Below are positions 56,884 to 64,000 of a stretch of DNA of 64,000 bases, in pieces. Source of the stretch: an uncultured bacterium (GTDB lineage: Bacteria > Patescibacteriota > Minisyncoccia > Phycocordibacterales > GWA1-40-21). The stretch covers positions 303,417-367,416 of the forward strand of contig OY970290.1 of assembly GCA_963716205.1 (NCBI GenBank), written 5' to 3'. Every line of letters starts with the position of its first letter. Within the stretch, counting starts at the first letter, position 1. Position numbers and translations under genes: made by a program. The notes beneath the pieces are model-generated. The model was given only the letters and a program-made list of their open reading frames with translations. It did no database searches and had not been told where the DNA came from.

Positions 56884-57903
56884 GTTTTATCAATACTAGC
56901 TCAAGCGGCAATTCACTGATATAAGCTTGCGCAACCATGTCGTAATAAGACAAAAGCGTCAGAAGCGTTTCAGAATTTATTTTTGAAGGTTTTTTCTCGG
57001 CAATTTCTTTCAGGAATTTGAAATCTGTATCAGTCATTTCCTCAGCAAGCTTTTCAGCTGAGCTTTTCAGATTTCTCAAAAGCAATATTGCGCGCATTTT
57101 GTGCAGAATCAATTTGAAATATAAAAGCATATCGATATTTGTGTCACTCGCCTTCCCTATTGCGGAAAGCCCGAGCTCCAAATTTCCTTCATCAATTGAT
57201 CGGATAAAATCATTTACAATCTGCGACTTTGGCGCGCCAGTCACCAACTCGACTTCTTCTAAAGTGATTTTATTATCCTTTGACGCACTAATGACTTTTT
57301 GCAGTATGCTTTGTGCATCGCGGAATGATCCGTCGCCAAGAAGTGCGATGAGCTCGCATGAGACGCTGTCTATCGTGAACTTTTCTTTTTTTGCGATGGC
57401 GGAAATAACTTCCTTCAAAACTTTCTGTGTCGCTTTTTTGAAAGCAAATGTCTGGCATCTGGAAACGATTGTTTCCGGAATTTTATTGAATTCTGTCGTG
57501 GCAAAAATAAAAATGACGTGTTTTGGCGGTTCTTCGATTGTTTTGAGAAGCGCGTTCCATGCCTGCTTGGAAAGCATATGGGCTTCATCGAGAATATACA
57601 CTTTATATTTTGATTCAAACGGAAGCGTGCTGACGGATTCATTAAGTGCACGGATATCATCCACGCCGGTGTTTGATGCGGCATCTATCTCGACGATATC
57701 GTTTGGGCTTGTGCCAATCTCTTTTGCAAAAATTCTGGCTATAGTCGTCTTGCCTGTTCCGCGAGAACCGGAAAAAATATATGCGTGGGCAATATTGCCG
57801 AGCTTGATCGATGACTCAAGAACTTTAACAATATTTTCCTGACCAAATACTTCGTTAAAATTTTTTGGGCGATATTTCCTATATAAAGCGGTTTCTGACA
57901 TAA
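56870..57903 (-). CDS. dnaX: DNA polymerase III subunit gamma (short dnaX: AAA+ clamp-loader core only, no tau C-terminal domains); start at MSETALYRKYRP
   Basis: YRPKNFNEVFGQE, Walker A GSRGTGKTT, Walker B ILDEAHML, SRC motif (VSRCQ); ORF extends to 58009 but upstream part overlaps a terminator hairpin. Confidence 0.88.
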
Positions 57904-57932
57904 GTTGATTATAACACGCGCAAAAATTGAGA

Positions 57933-57970
57933 CAATAAAAAAGCCGACCAGTCACATGAAAGGTCGGCTT
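57933..57970 (-). terminator. Hairpin + U-run on minus strand immediately upstream of dnaX start (3' end of an upstream RNA or attenuator)
   Basis: Minus-strand AAGCCGACC-TTTCATGTGACT-GGTCGGCTT followed by TTTTTTATT. Confidence 0.5.
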
Positions 57971-58009
57971 TGCGGGGTCGCGTTTTGTTAGGACGCTCAC
58001 CCACCGCAC

Positions 58010-58594
58010 TCAATTATTATTTACTTCACTTAAAGTACTGCTTTACCGGTCTTGCGACTGGTGGTGTTGGGTGGGTACGTTTTACGGTACTTGGTTCCAA
58101 CACGCTTTTATAATTTTCCAACAATTTTTTACTTTGTCGTCTAGGCCTAAAAGATTTCTTAGGAATAAATTCCTAAACGTTCAGGCTGCCAAGATTTACA
58201 AGGTCCTTTCTTAAGGTTTTTTTGGAGCCTTAAAAAGTTGCGTAGAGCCGGAAACATTCGGACAATGGGAGAATGGCTCTTAAGGCAACGGGTTTGATCT
58301 CTTCATCTGTGTCGGCGGAAAACTTCTTGCATTCAAAGAACTAAATTACTTAGTAGGACCTCGGATGTAGCGATGATTTTTCATCATGCTTTTCTCCTTC
58401 TTAATTTTTTAATGTATTCACCATCTGGGCGCCGCTGGATTAGCTCGAGATTCGACGCAAAAAGATGGATCGCATTTCGATAAGCACCTCTCCTACTTTA
58501 TTCCGGAAACTTTCCGGTTTTGATATGGTAACACATCAAAATTTATTGTCAACTATCTTTCTTGTTTTATTTTTTTAACTCTCAAAATAAGGCT
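58010..58594 (-). ncRNA. Candidate structured ncRNA locus (unidentified; RNase P RNA-like P4 fragments noted) in 585-bp non-coding gap between dus and dnaX
   Basis: Unusually long non-coding gap with GC-rich complementary blocks (CACCCACCGCAC / GGTGGTGTTGGGTGGG), minus-strand TTGACA-N16-TACCAT promoter-like element (~58525-58552), GGAAAGUUUCCGG and UUUCCGGCUCUACG on minus strand, terminator at 57933-57970. Confidence 0.25.
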
Positions 58595-59602
58595 CTATTT
58601 AATAGTTTTTAGGAAATGAGTAATTATTTTGATTACTTCCTTTGCATTATTGGTCTGCATGAGCTCATTTCTCAATTCTTTTGCACCGTCAAAGCCGCTG
58701 ACATACGCTTTAAAATGCTTTTTCATGATGGCAAAGTTGCGGTAGTCAACAAGCTTCTCAAAAAGTTTCGTATGCTCGACAAGCACTTTCAATTTTTCCT
58801 GTATTGTCGGAACTTTTTTTCTTTTTTCATCAAAAAGCCATGGGTTGCCAAAGATTCCGCGACCGATCATCACTCCGTCAAATCCGCTTTCTAGTGCCTT
58901 CTTTTTTCCATCGGCAAGTGTTTCAATATCGCCATTTGCAATCAGCACGACATTTTTATCAACTGCTCTGATGGTCTTTACAATATCGCGTGCAAATTCC
59001 CAGTGCGCTGGCACGAATGACATTTCTTTTTTGGTTCGCAGGTGAATTGTCAGCGCATCAATTCCATCTTTTAAAATTTCTGGCAACCAGCTTTTATATT
59101 CAAGTGAATTATAACCGAGGCGTGTTTTGACCGATATCGGCAATTTTGGCGCACCTTCTTTTGCCGCACGAATGATTTTCCGTGCAAGTGTTGGTGTACG
59201 AATAAGCGCAACTCCGCCACCTTGCTTTACCACATCTCTATCCGGACAACCCATATTGATATCAATACCATCAAAGCCGAGCTTAGAAATAATTTGACAT
59301 GCGATTTTTACTTTCTCTGGATTTGCCGAAAATATCTGTGCAATAATCGGTTTTTCTTTTTTATTGAATTTCAAAAGCCGCAAGACTTTTTCTCTTCCCG
59401 CCTCTGATGCAATGCCATCTGCCGAGACAAATTCCGTCCAAAAAACCGCTGGACCACCGCCAATTTTTCCGTGCCGGGAATATTTTGCAATAATCTGCCG
59501 GAATGCCGTGTCAGTAACATTGATCATTGGCGCGAGACAGAAAAAAACACCATTTTTTGCAATTTTTTGCCAGAAATTTTTCATCACTTGCGATAATAGC
59601 AT
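58595..59602 (-). CDS. dus: tRNA-dihydrouridine synthase (start at MLLSQVMKNF)
   Basis: FMN-binding TIM-barrel Dus motifs (LAPMINVTDTAFR; catalytic Cys in ...INMGCPDRDV...); 336 aa from internal Met. Confidence 0.85.
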   Translation of the reverse strand: MLLSQVMKNFWQKIAKNGVFFCLAPMINVTDTAFRQIIAKYSRHGKIGGGPAVFWTEFVSADGIASEAGREKVLRLLKFNKKEKPIIAQIFSANPEKVKIACQIISKLGFDGIDINMGCPDRDVVKQGGGVALIRTPTLARKIIRAAKEGAPKLPISVKTRLGYNSLEYKSWLPEILKDGIDALTIHLRTKKEMSFVPAHWEFARDIVKTIRAVDKNVVLIANGDIETLADGKKKALESGFDGVMIGRGIFGNPWLFDEKRKKVPTIQEKLKVLVEHTKLFEKLVDYRNFAIMKKHFKAYVSGFDGAKELRNELMQTNNAKEVIKIITHFLKTIK

Positions 59603-59646
59603 TTTTTTATTTATAATGTTAGTCTGATAAAACATACGATATATAT

Positions 59647-60210
59647 ATGCCAAAGGAAAAAGTGAAAAAAACAAAAATTGTCCAGAAAAATGATCCCGTT
59701 TTACGGTCAATATCACTAGCGGTGCCGCAGGTAAAAATCAAAAGTCCGGAAATAAAATCCATTATTGCCGATATGAAAAAAACAATGGAGCCGCAGATAG
59801 ATGCAGTGGCTATCGCTGCCGTGCAGATCGGCAAGCCGATGCGAATTTTTGTCATTTCAAAACGGGCATTTGGGATTGTTGGCGGAGATATTGAAACAGT
59901 AAAAACAAAAGACGATATGGTTTTTATCAATCCGAAAATCATGAAAACTTCCAAGGCAAAGGAATATCTGGAAGAAGGATGTCTTTCCGTCCGTTATGTC
60001 TATGGCAAAGTTTTTCGGGCTGAAAAAGCGACCATTCAAGCGTGGGATGAGCATGGCAAAAAATTTACCAGAGGATTTTCCGGATTGCTCGCACAGATTG
60101 TCCAGCATGAGTGCGATCATCTTGACGGCACGCTTTTCATTGACAAAGCAAAAAATCTTCATGAGCTCTCGCATGAAGACTATGAAAAAAGCTTGAAATC
60201 ATTCGCGTAA
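59647..60210 (+). CDS. def: Peptide deformylase
   Basis: GIAAVQIGKPMRIFV (motif 1), EGCLSV (motif 2), QHECDHLDG (HEXXH motif 3); 187 aa. Confidence 0.9.
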   Translation: MPKEKVKKTKIVQKNDPVLRSISLAVPQVKIKSPEIKSIIADMKKTMEPQIDAVAIAAVQIGKPMRIFVISKRAFGIVGGDIETVKTKDDMVFINPKIMKTSKAKEYLEEGCLSVRYVYGKVFRAEKATIQAWDEHGKKFTRGFSGLLAQIVQHECDHLDGTLFIDKAKNLHELSHEDYEKSLKSFA

Positions 60211-60260
60211 TCTGATATAAAAGCTCAAGAATACGATCATTCAAACAAAGGGGGTTTTCC

Positions 60261-60569
60261 GTGCCAGATCCTTTTCTGATACAGATACAAGCTATCAATC
60301 AAAAAGATATAGAAAACATCAAGAAACTTTTGAGACTGTTTATAAATCTTTTTACTATCATAACAGTAAATGATTACATTCGTTTTCAAGAATCAATAGG
60401 ATCAGCGGCATATATAAAAATATATTCCGGGGGAAAAATAATATATCGGGAGGAAATCAAGTTTTATTTAAGCGAACTAGCAGAAATGATGGGATTACCT
60501 TTTACCGCAGACAGATTGTATGTAGAATGTATTAATCTTCCAAAAGCTCCAAATATAGACAGCGCCTGA
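60261..60569 (+). CDS. Hypothetical protein inserted between def and fmt
   Basis: 102 aa ORF, GTG start, no recognisable motif. Confidence 0.35.
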   Translation: MPDPFLIQIQAINQKDIENIKKLLRLFINLFTIITVNDYIRFQESIGSAAYIKIYSGGKIIYREEIKFYLSELAEMMGLPFTADRLYVECINLPKAPNIDSA

Positions 60570-60600
60570 CCTTATTTTTTAAAGACAGGCGCTTTTCTTT

Positions 60601-61482
60601 TTGGAAATAATCCCGTATATTTACTGTATGTTTAAAGATATCAAAATAGCTTTTTTTGGAAATTCGGAATTTTCTCTGATTGTCCTTGAAAATTTAAAAA
60701 AAATCGGCATAATACCAGATCTTATAGTAACAACTCCGGACAAGCCGGTTGGCAGAAAAATGACACTCACTCCGACCGAGACGAAAATTTGGGCTGAAAA
60801 CAATTCAATTGAATATATTGAAGCTGTGAAACTGAAAGATGAAAGTTTTTTGGAAAAAATGAAAAACTACAATCTTTTTCTTGTTGCTTCTTACGGAAAA
60901 ATAATCCCTAAAGTTCTCATTGATATTCCGAAATACAAAGTTTTAAATATTCATCCTTCCCTTTTGCCGAAATATCGCGGACCATCGCCCCTGCAAGAAC
61001 AGATTTTGCATGATGAAAAGCAAGTTGGGGTTTCAATCATGCTTATTGATGAAGGAGTGGATCATGGAGATATCGTGGCTCAAAAAAAAGTTGTCATTTC
61101 TGATTGGCCGGTCGGCTTTCACGTACTCGCAGAAATCCTCGGAAAAGCGGGTTCGGAACTTTTGACAGAAATTTTGCCAGATTGGATAAAAGGAAAAATA
61201 AAACCGGAGGAACAAAAACACACCGAAGCAACATTTACAAAAAAAATCGAGAAATCGGACGGATTGATAAATTTGTCAGTAGGTGGCTATACAAATTATT
61301 TGAAGATTCTTGCCTATGAAGATTGGCCGGGAACATATTTTGAAATTGAAAAAGCCGGCAAAAAAAAACGAGTCATTATCAAAAAAGTTTCTTTCAAAAA
61401 TGGTGTTTTGGAAATCCTTCGAATTCTGCCGGAAGGCAAAAAAGAAATGGATTATGAGGATTTTCTGCGAGGATTAAGATAA
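60601..61482 (+). CDS. fmt: Methionyl-tRNA formyltransferase
   Basis: NIHPSLLPKYRGPSPLQEQIL (formyl-transferase SLLP/HPSLLP motif), N- and C-terminal Fmt domains; 293 aa. Confidence 0.9.
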   Translation: MEIIPYIYCMFKDIKIAFFGNSEFSLIVLENLKKIGIIPDLIVTTPDKPVGRKMTLTPTETKIWAENNSIEYIEAVKLKDESFLEKMKNYNLFLVASYGKIIPKVLIDIPKYKVLNIHPSLLPKYRGPSPLQEQILHDEKQVGVSIMLIDEGVDHGDIVAQKKVVISDWPVGFHVLAEILGKAGSELLTEILPDWIKGKIKPEEQKHTEATFTKKIEKSDGLINLSVGGYTNYLKILAYEDWPGTYFEIEKAGKKKRVIIKKVSFKNGVLEILRILPEGKKEMDYEDFLRGLR

Positions 61483-61496
61483 AACTTTACTCAAAA

Positions 61497-61874
61497 TTAT
61501 TCTTTATAGAAACCTTTTACAAATGCTTTGATTTTTGCTCCACTCCTTTTCAATAAGCTCGTTTGTTTCTTGGCAAATCGTTTCAGTTCAGTAGCCATTT
61601 CATCGACAACAATATCGATTGCCGCATACAAATCGCTTTCCTCGACTTCCGCACGCAAAGATTTTCCCCCGATATGGATTGTTAATTCCGCAACGAAAAA
61701 ATCGCCATTTTTGTGATGCTGCGTGCTTTTTCCCACCTCCACATAGCACATAACTTCATCCATATGTTCCGGGCTGATGAATTTATCAAGATGTGCAAGC
61801 TTTTTTTCCAGATAGTCCTTGATCGCCGGTGTGAGAGAAATTTCCTTTGTTTTTATATTATGTTTCATGATCAA
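61497..61874 (-). CDS. hpf: Ribosome hibernation promoting factor (RaiA/HPF, short form)
   Basis: MKHNIKTKEISLTPAIKDYLEKKLAHLDKF... YfiA/HPF fold; 125 aa. Confidence 0.8.
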   Translation of the reverse strand: MIMKHNIKTKEISLTPAIKDYLEKKLAHLDKFISPEHMDEVMCYVEVGKSTQHHKNGDFFVAELTIHIGGKSLRAEVEESDLYAAIDIVVDEMATELKRFAKKQTSLLKRSGAKIKAFVKGFYKE

Positions 61875-61877
61875 TGA

Positions 61878-62096
61878 TTATTTTTCTAAGCTGATAATTT
61901 TACTTTGCGAATGATGCCCATTTACTATCCTCACCTTATTATACACGTTAAAATATTTTCGCACCAGTTCAAGAACTTTTTTATTTGCCATGTTTCTTTC
62001 CGCCGGCTCTTTGACGGATATGACAAACGAATCGGCTGATTTTTTGACAATTTTTTCTTTCGTGCTTTCCGTGATGACTTTTACTTTGATGAGCAT
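61878..62096 (-). CDS. DUF167 (YggU-like) family protein
   Basis: IKVKV...KEKIVKKSADSFVISVKEPAERNMANKKVLELVRKYF...VRIVNGHHSQSKII matches DUF167 pattern; 72 aa. Confidence 0.55.
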   Translation of the reverse strand: MLIKVKVITESTKEKIVKKSADSFVISVKEPAERNMANKKVLELVRKYFNVYNKVRIVNGHHSQSKIISLEK

Positions 62097-62170
62097 GAAG
62101 ATATGGTATCATAAAATGAATAGTAAAGACTTCACTTTTTATATCCGATCTGCTATTATGGCGACGTATT

Positions 62171-62242
62171 CCGGGATAGCTCAGCGGTAGAGCGATCGCC
62201 TGTTAAGCGATTGGTCGTAGGTTCGATCCCTACTCCCGGAGC
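62171..62242 (+). tRNA. tRNA-Asn (anticodon GUU)
   Basis: Manually folded. Acceptor UCCGGGA/UCCCGGA is 7 bp. D-arm is GCUC-AGCGGUA-GAGC. Anticodon stem AUCGC/GCGAU with loop CUGUUAA gives anticodon GUU. T-arm is GUAGG-UUCGAUC-CCUAC. Discriminator is G. Confidence 0.85.
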
Positions 62243-63936
62243 AAGGTTGAACAGACACTAGCAAAGACCTCGTTTCGTCCTGATGTATCAATGATGTTTT
62301 CAGGTTCGAACTGAGGGTTTTTTGCTTTTGCTTCAAGTAGCCCATTTATAATCACTGAATACAAATCTACATTGGAAACACCAAGCTTTTTCTCCTTTAA
62401 AGTTAGGTTCGAACCAATCTCTGAAAGAGTCCCTCTTTTCGCTTCAATAGTCCCGTTTTCAAACACTTTCGATATACCAACAGCTAAATTAAATGCTCTT
62501 TGGGCCTTTTTTATTCTATACGGATCAGTGTGTCCTAGCCTTTGCAATTCTTCACGTAGATCATCAATTTCTTTCATTGTAGTTTTTTTTAACTCAAGAA
62601 ACTCATCATCTTCAAGAAGATGGCGAGCTTTCATACGAGCTAATTCTTTTTGCTCACTTTCTTTTTGAGCAAGGGTCTTTTCAAGCGACAATTTTTTCTT
62701 AGAATTATCTTGATGATCTGATGTGCCGAGTCGGTCTAAATTTTCAATACACCATTTACTGAGCGATTCTGAAATTTCAAGATTCTTTTTATAGTAAGAT
62801 GACAGGTAGCCGTCAATATAGACCTCTTGCACGCTACCTTCTCGGCAATTCTGATCTTTTTTTCTAGTGCAGTGATAGTAAATATAATGGAGATAGAGAG
62901 GATTATCCATTTTTTCTATCACCATCTTACATTTTGGACACGCCGATCTATTCAAATATGAGAATTTAAATTTACATTCAGAGCATATAAGCTGATATTT
63001 ATGTTCTGCGGTTACTGAACCACTACAACCACCACACCTCGTTGGCCCAGTGTAGGCAAATCCAAGAATGTTCTTAGATGCTCTCGGTCTACCACGGTTT
63101 CCAAGGATTTTTTGAATTTCCCAGTATTGATCCTCGCTAATCATTCGGGGAACATCTGCATTTAATTCATGTCGAATACCATCCTTAGTGAAAAAGAATC
63201 CTGCATAGACCGGATTTTTCAAAATGGTATCAAAGATGTATGAAGCAACTAATTTTTTACCTCCCTGTTTTTTATGTAATTTGGTTCGTAATCCTAATTT
63301 ATCATTAGCGAATGCCATAAGTTTTCGGACTGAATAAGTGCCGGTCAAAAATACTTCAAGAAGTTGACACATTAGATTGAATCGGTCTTCATCAATTAAC
63401 CATCCACGTGCACCAGGTTCTGCGGATAGATCATTCTTAAAACCGATCGGAGCCACACCATTTGGATATCCCCGGTCAACTCTTTCTCGAATACCACGCT
63501 TCGTATCGGTGCTGAGATCTTTTATATATTGATTTGCCATACCGAGTTCAACAGCCATAACAATGACATTATCATCAGGATAAAAGCTGTTGCCGTATGT
63601 TTGAATATGTTTGATAATTCTCTGTTGAAGCATCCAACTGATAGTGCCTCCATCAATTGGGTTGCGAGCAAGTCGGTTCAGTTTCCAAACCAACAAACCG
63701 TCCGCTTCGCCCCGATTGATTCTTTCAATCATATTCGTAAACACTGGTCTGCCCGGAGCTTTTGCAGATTGAGATTCTTCAAGAATCTGAACAATTTCAA
63801 GTCCATGCTCTTTTGCAAATTCAAGCAGCTCTCTTTTTTGAGCATCAATTGATTGCACCTGACGATCTTCAGTATCACTTGATCGGCGACAATACATAAA
63901 ATATCTTATTTTTCTGTGTTCTATCTGTTTTTTCAT
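62230..63936 (-). CDS. Large serine recombinase (resolvase/invertase N-domain + recombinase/zinc-ribbon domains), 3' end overlapping tRNA-Asn
   Basis: N-terminal ...YCRRSSDTEDRQVQSIDAQKRELLEFAKEHG (catalytic Ser region), central recombinase domain, Cys-rich zinc ribbon (CGGCSG...CSECKFKF...CPKCK), C-terminal coiled coil; 568 aa; last 13 nt overlap tRNA 3' end. Confidence 0.85.
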   Translation of the reverse strand: MKKQIEHRKIRYFMYCRRSSDTEDRQVQSIDAQKRELLEFAKEHGLEIVQILEESQSAKAPGRPVFTNMIERINRGEADGLLVWKLNRLARNPIDGGTISWMLQQRIIKHIQTYGNSFYPDDNVIVMAVELGMANQYIKDLSTDTKRGIRERVDRGYPNGVAPIGFKNDLSAEPGARGWLIDEDRFNLMCQLLEVFLTGTYSVRKLMAFANDKLGLRTKLHKKQGGKKLVASYIFDTILKNPVYAGFFFTKDGIRHELNADVPRMISEDQYWEIQKILGNRGRPRASKNILGFAYTGPTRCGGCSGSVTAEHKYQLICSECKFKFSYLNRSACPKCKMVIEKMDNPLYLHYIYYHCTRKKDQNCREGSVQEVYIDGYLSSYYKKNLEISESLSKWCIENLDRLGTSDHQDNSKKKLSLEKTLAQKESEQKELARMKARHLLEDDEFLELKKTTMKEIDDLREELQRLGHTDPYRIKKAQRAFNLAVGISKVFENGTIEAKRGTLSEIGSNLTLKEKKLGVSNVDLYSVIINGLLEAKAKNPQFEPENIIDTSGRNEVFASVCSTLLRE

Positions 63937-64000
63937 TTTCCTATTTTATATATATTCTTAGCCATATATTTGACATACCCATTATACCATTCTTGACATA

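Larger units (their letters stand above)
62171..63936. mobile_element. Left edge of a putative tRNA-Asn-integrated element (integrase module only; remainder beyond window end)
   Basis: Serine integrase reading into the 3' end of tRNA-Asn is the canonical arrangement of an integrated island/prophage att site. Confidence 0.5.

Noticed and set aside
57018-57842. 274-aa plus-strand ORF
   Set aside because: Antisense within dnaX
57975-58100. SRP RNA (ffs) upstream of dnaX by analogy with the Firmicute ffs-dnaX arrangement
   Set aside because: Long hairpin potential exists (CACCCACCGCAC / GGTGGTGTTGGGTGGG) and a GACCGGUAAAGCAG segment vaguely resembles domain IV, but the conserved GNRA-tetraloop/AGCAGC core could not be matched by eye; left as an alternative in the ncRNA finding
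58424-58470. tmRNA-like 5' motif on plus strand (GGGCGCC...GGAUUAGCUCGAGAUUCGACGCAAAAAGAUGGAUCG resembling tmRNA GGAUUCGAC...GAUGGAUCG)
   Set aside because: No matching 3' tRNA-like T-arm/acceptor partner (GGUUCGAxUCC...CCA) found within ~400 nt on the same strand and a full-length tmRNA here would run into the dus coding region; kept only as a note within the ncRNA-gap finding
1-64000. CRISPR arrays, rRNA genes, IS elements/transposases
   Set aside because: No direct repeat-spacer periodicity of 25-40 bp, no rRNA-like conserved blocks, and no transposase (DDE/HUH) ORFs were seen anywhere in the window

Overview
This is a low-GC, tightly packed bacterial chromosomal window. Compactness, a gamma-only dnaX and a short Gram-positive-style RpoC suggest a small-genome lineage, possibly CPR/Patescibacteria-like, but that is inference only. 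The first ~42 kb is a housekeeping core: partial rpoC, dnaG-rpoD, DsbA-like, rplU, recR, dnaB, cysS, ctpA, rplI, rpmA, gltX, the murG-ftsW-mraY-dacA-scpB-scpA-HIT-aspS-trpS block, an ECF-sigma/MacAB-like efflux operon, cell-wall remodelling/surface proteins, uppP and an ABC-2 exporter. Positions ~42.2-56.4 kb form an accessory region abutting a tRNA-Gln whose 3' end faces it. It holds a four-gene minus-strand operon: an SNF2-helicase/SAM-methyltransferase fusion plus three paralogous giant proteins built from ~27 tandem copies of a ~70-aa HTH-like module. That operon is the most unusual element here and may be an undescribed system. The same region also contains a visibly GC-richer patch with a Y-family polymerase, and a beta-class DNA MTase / HTH / REase-like module. 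The right end (56.4-64 kb) returns to housekeeping genes (dnaX, dus, def, fmt, hpf). A ~590-bp structured non-coding gap upstream of dnaX is a likely ncRNA locus. At the window edge a tRNA-Asn is overlapped by a large serine recombinase, which marks an integrated element continuing beyond the window. No CRISPR array or rRNA was seen.
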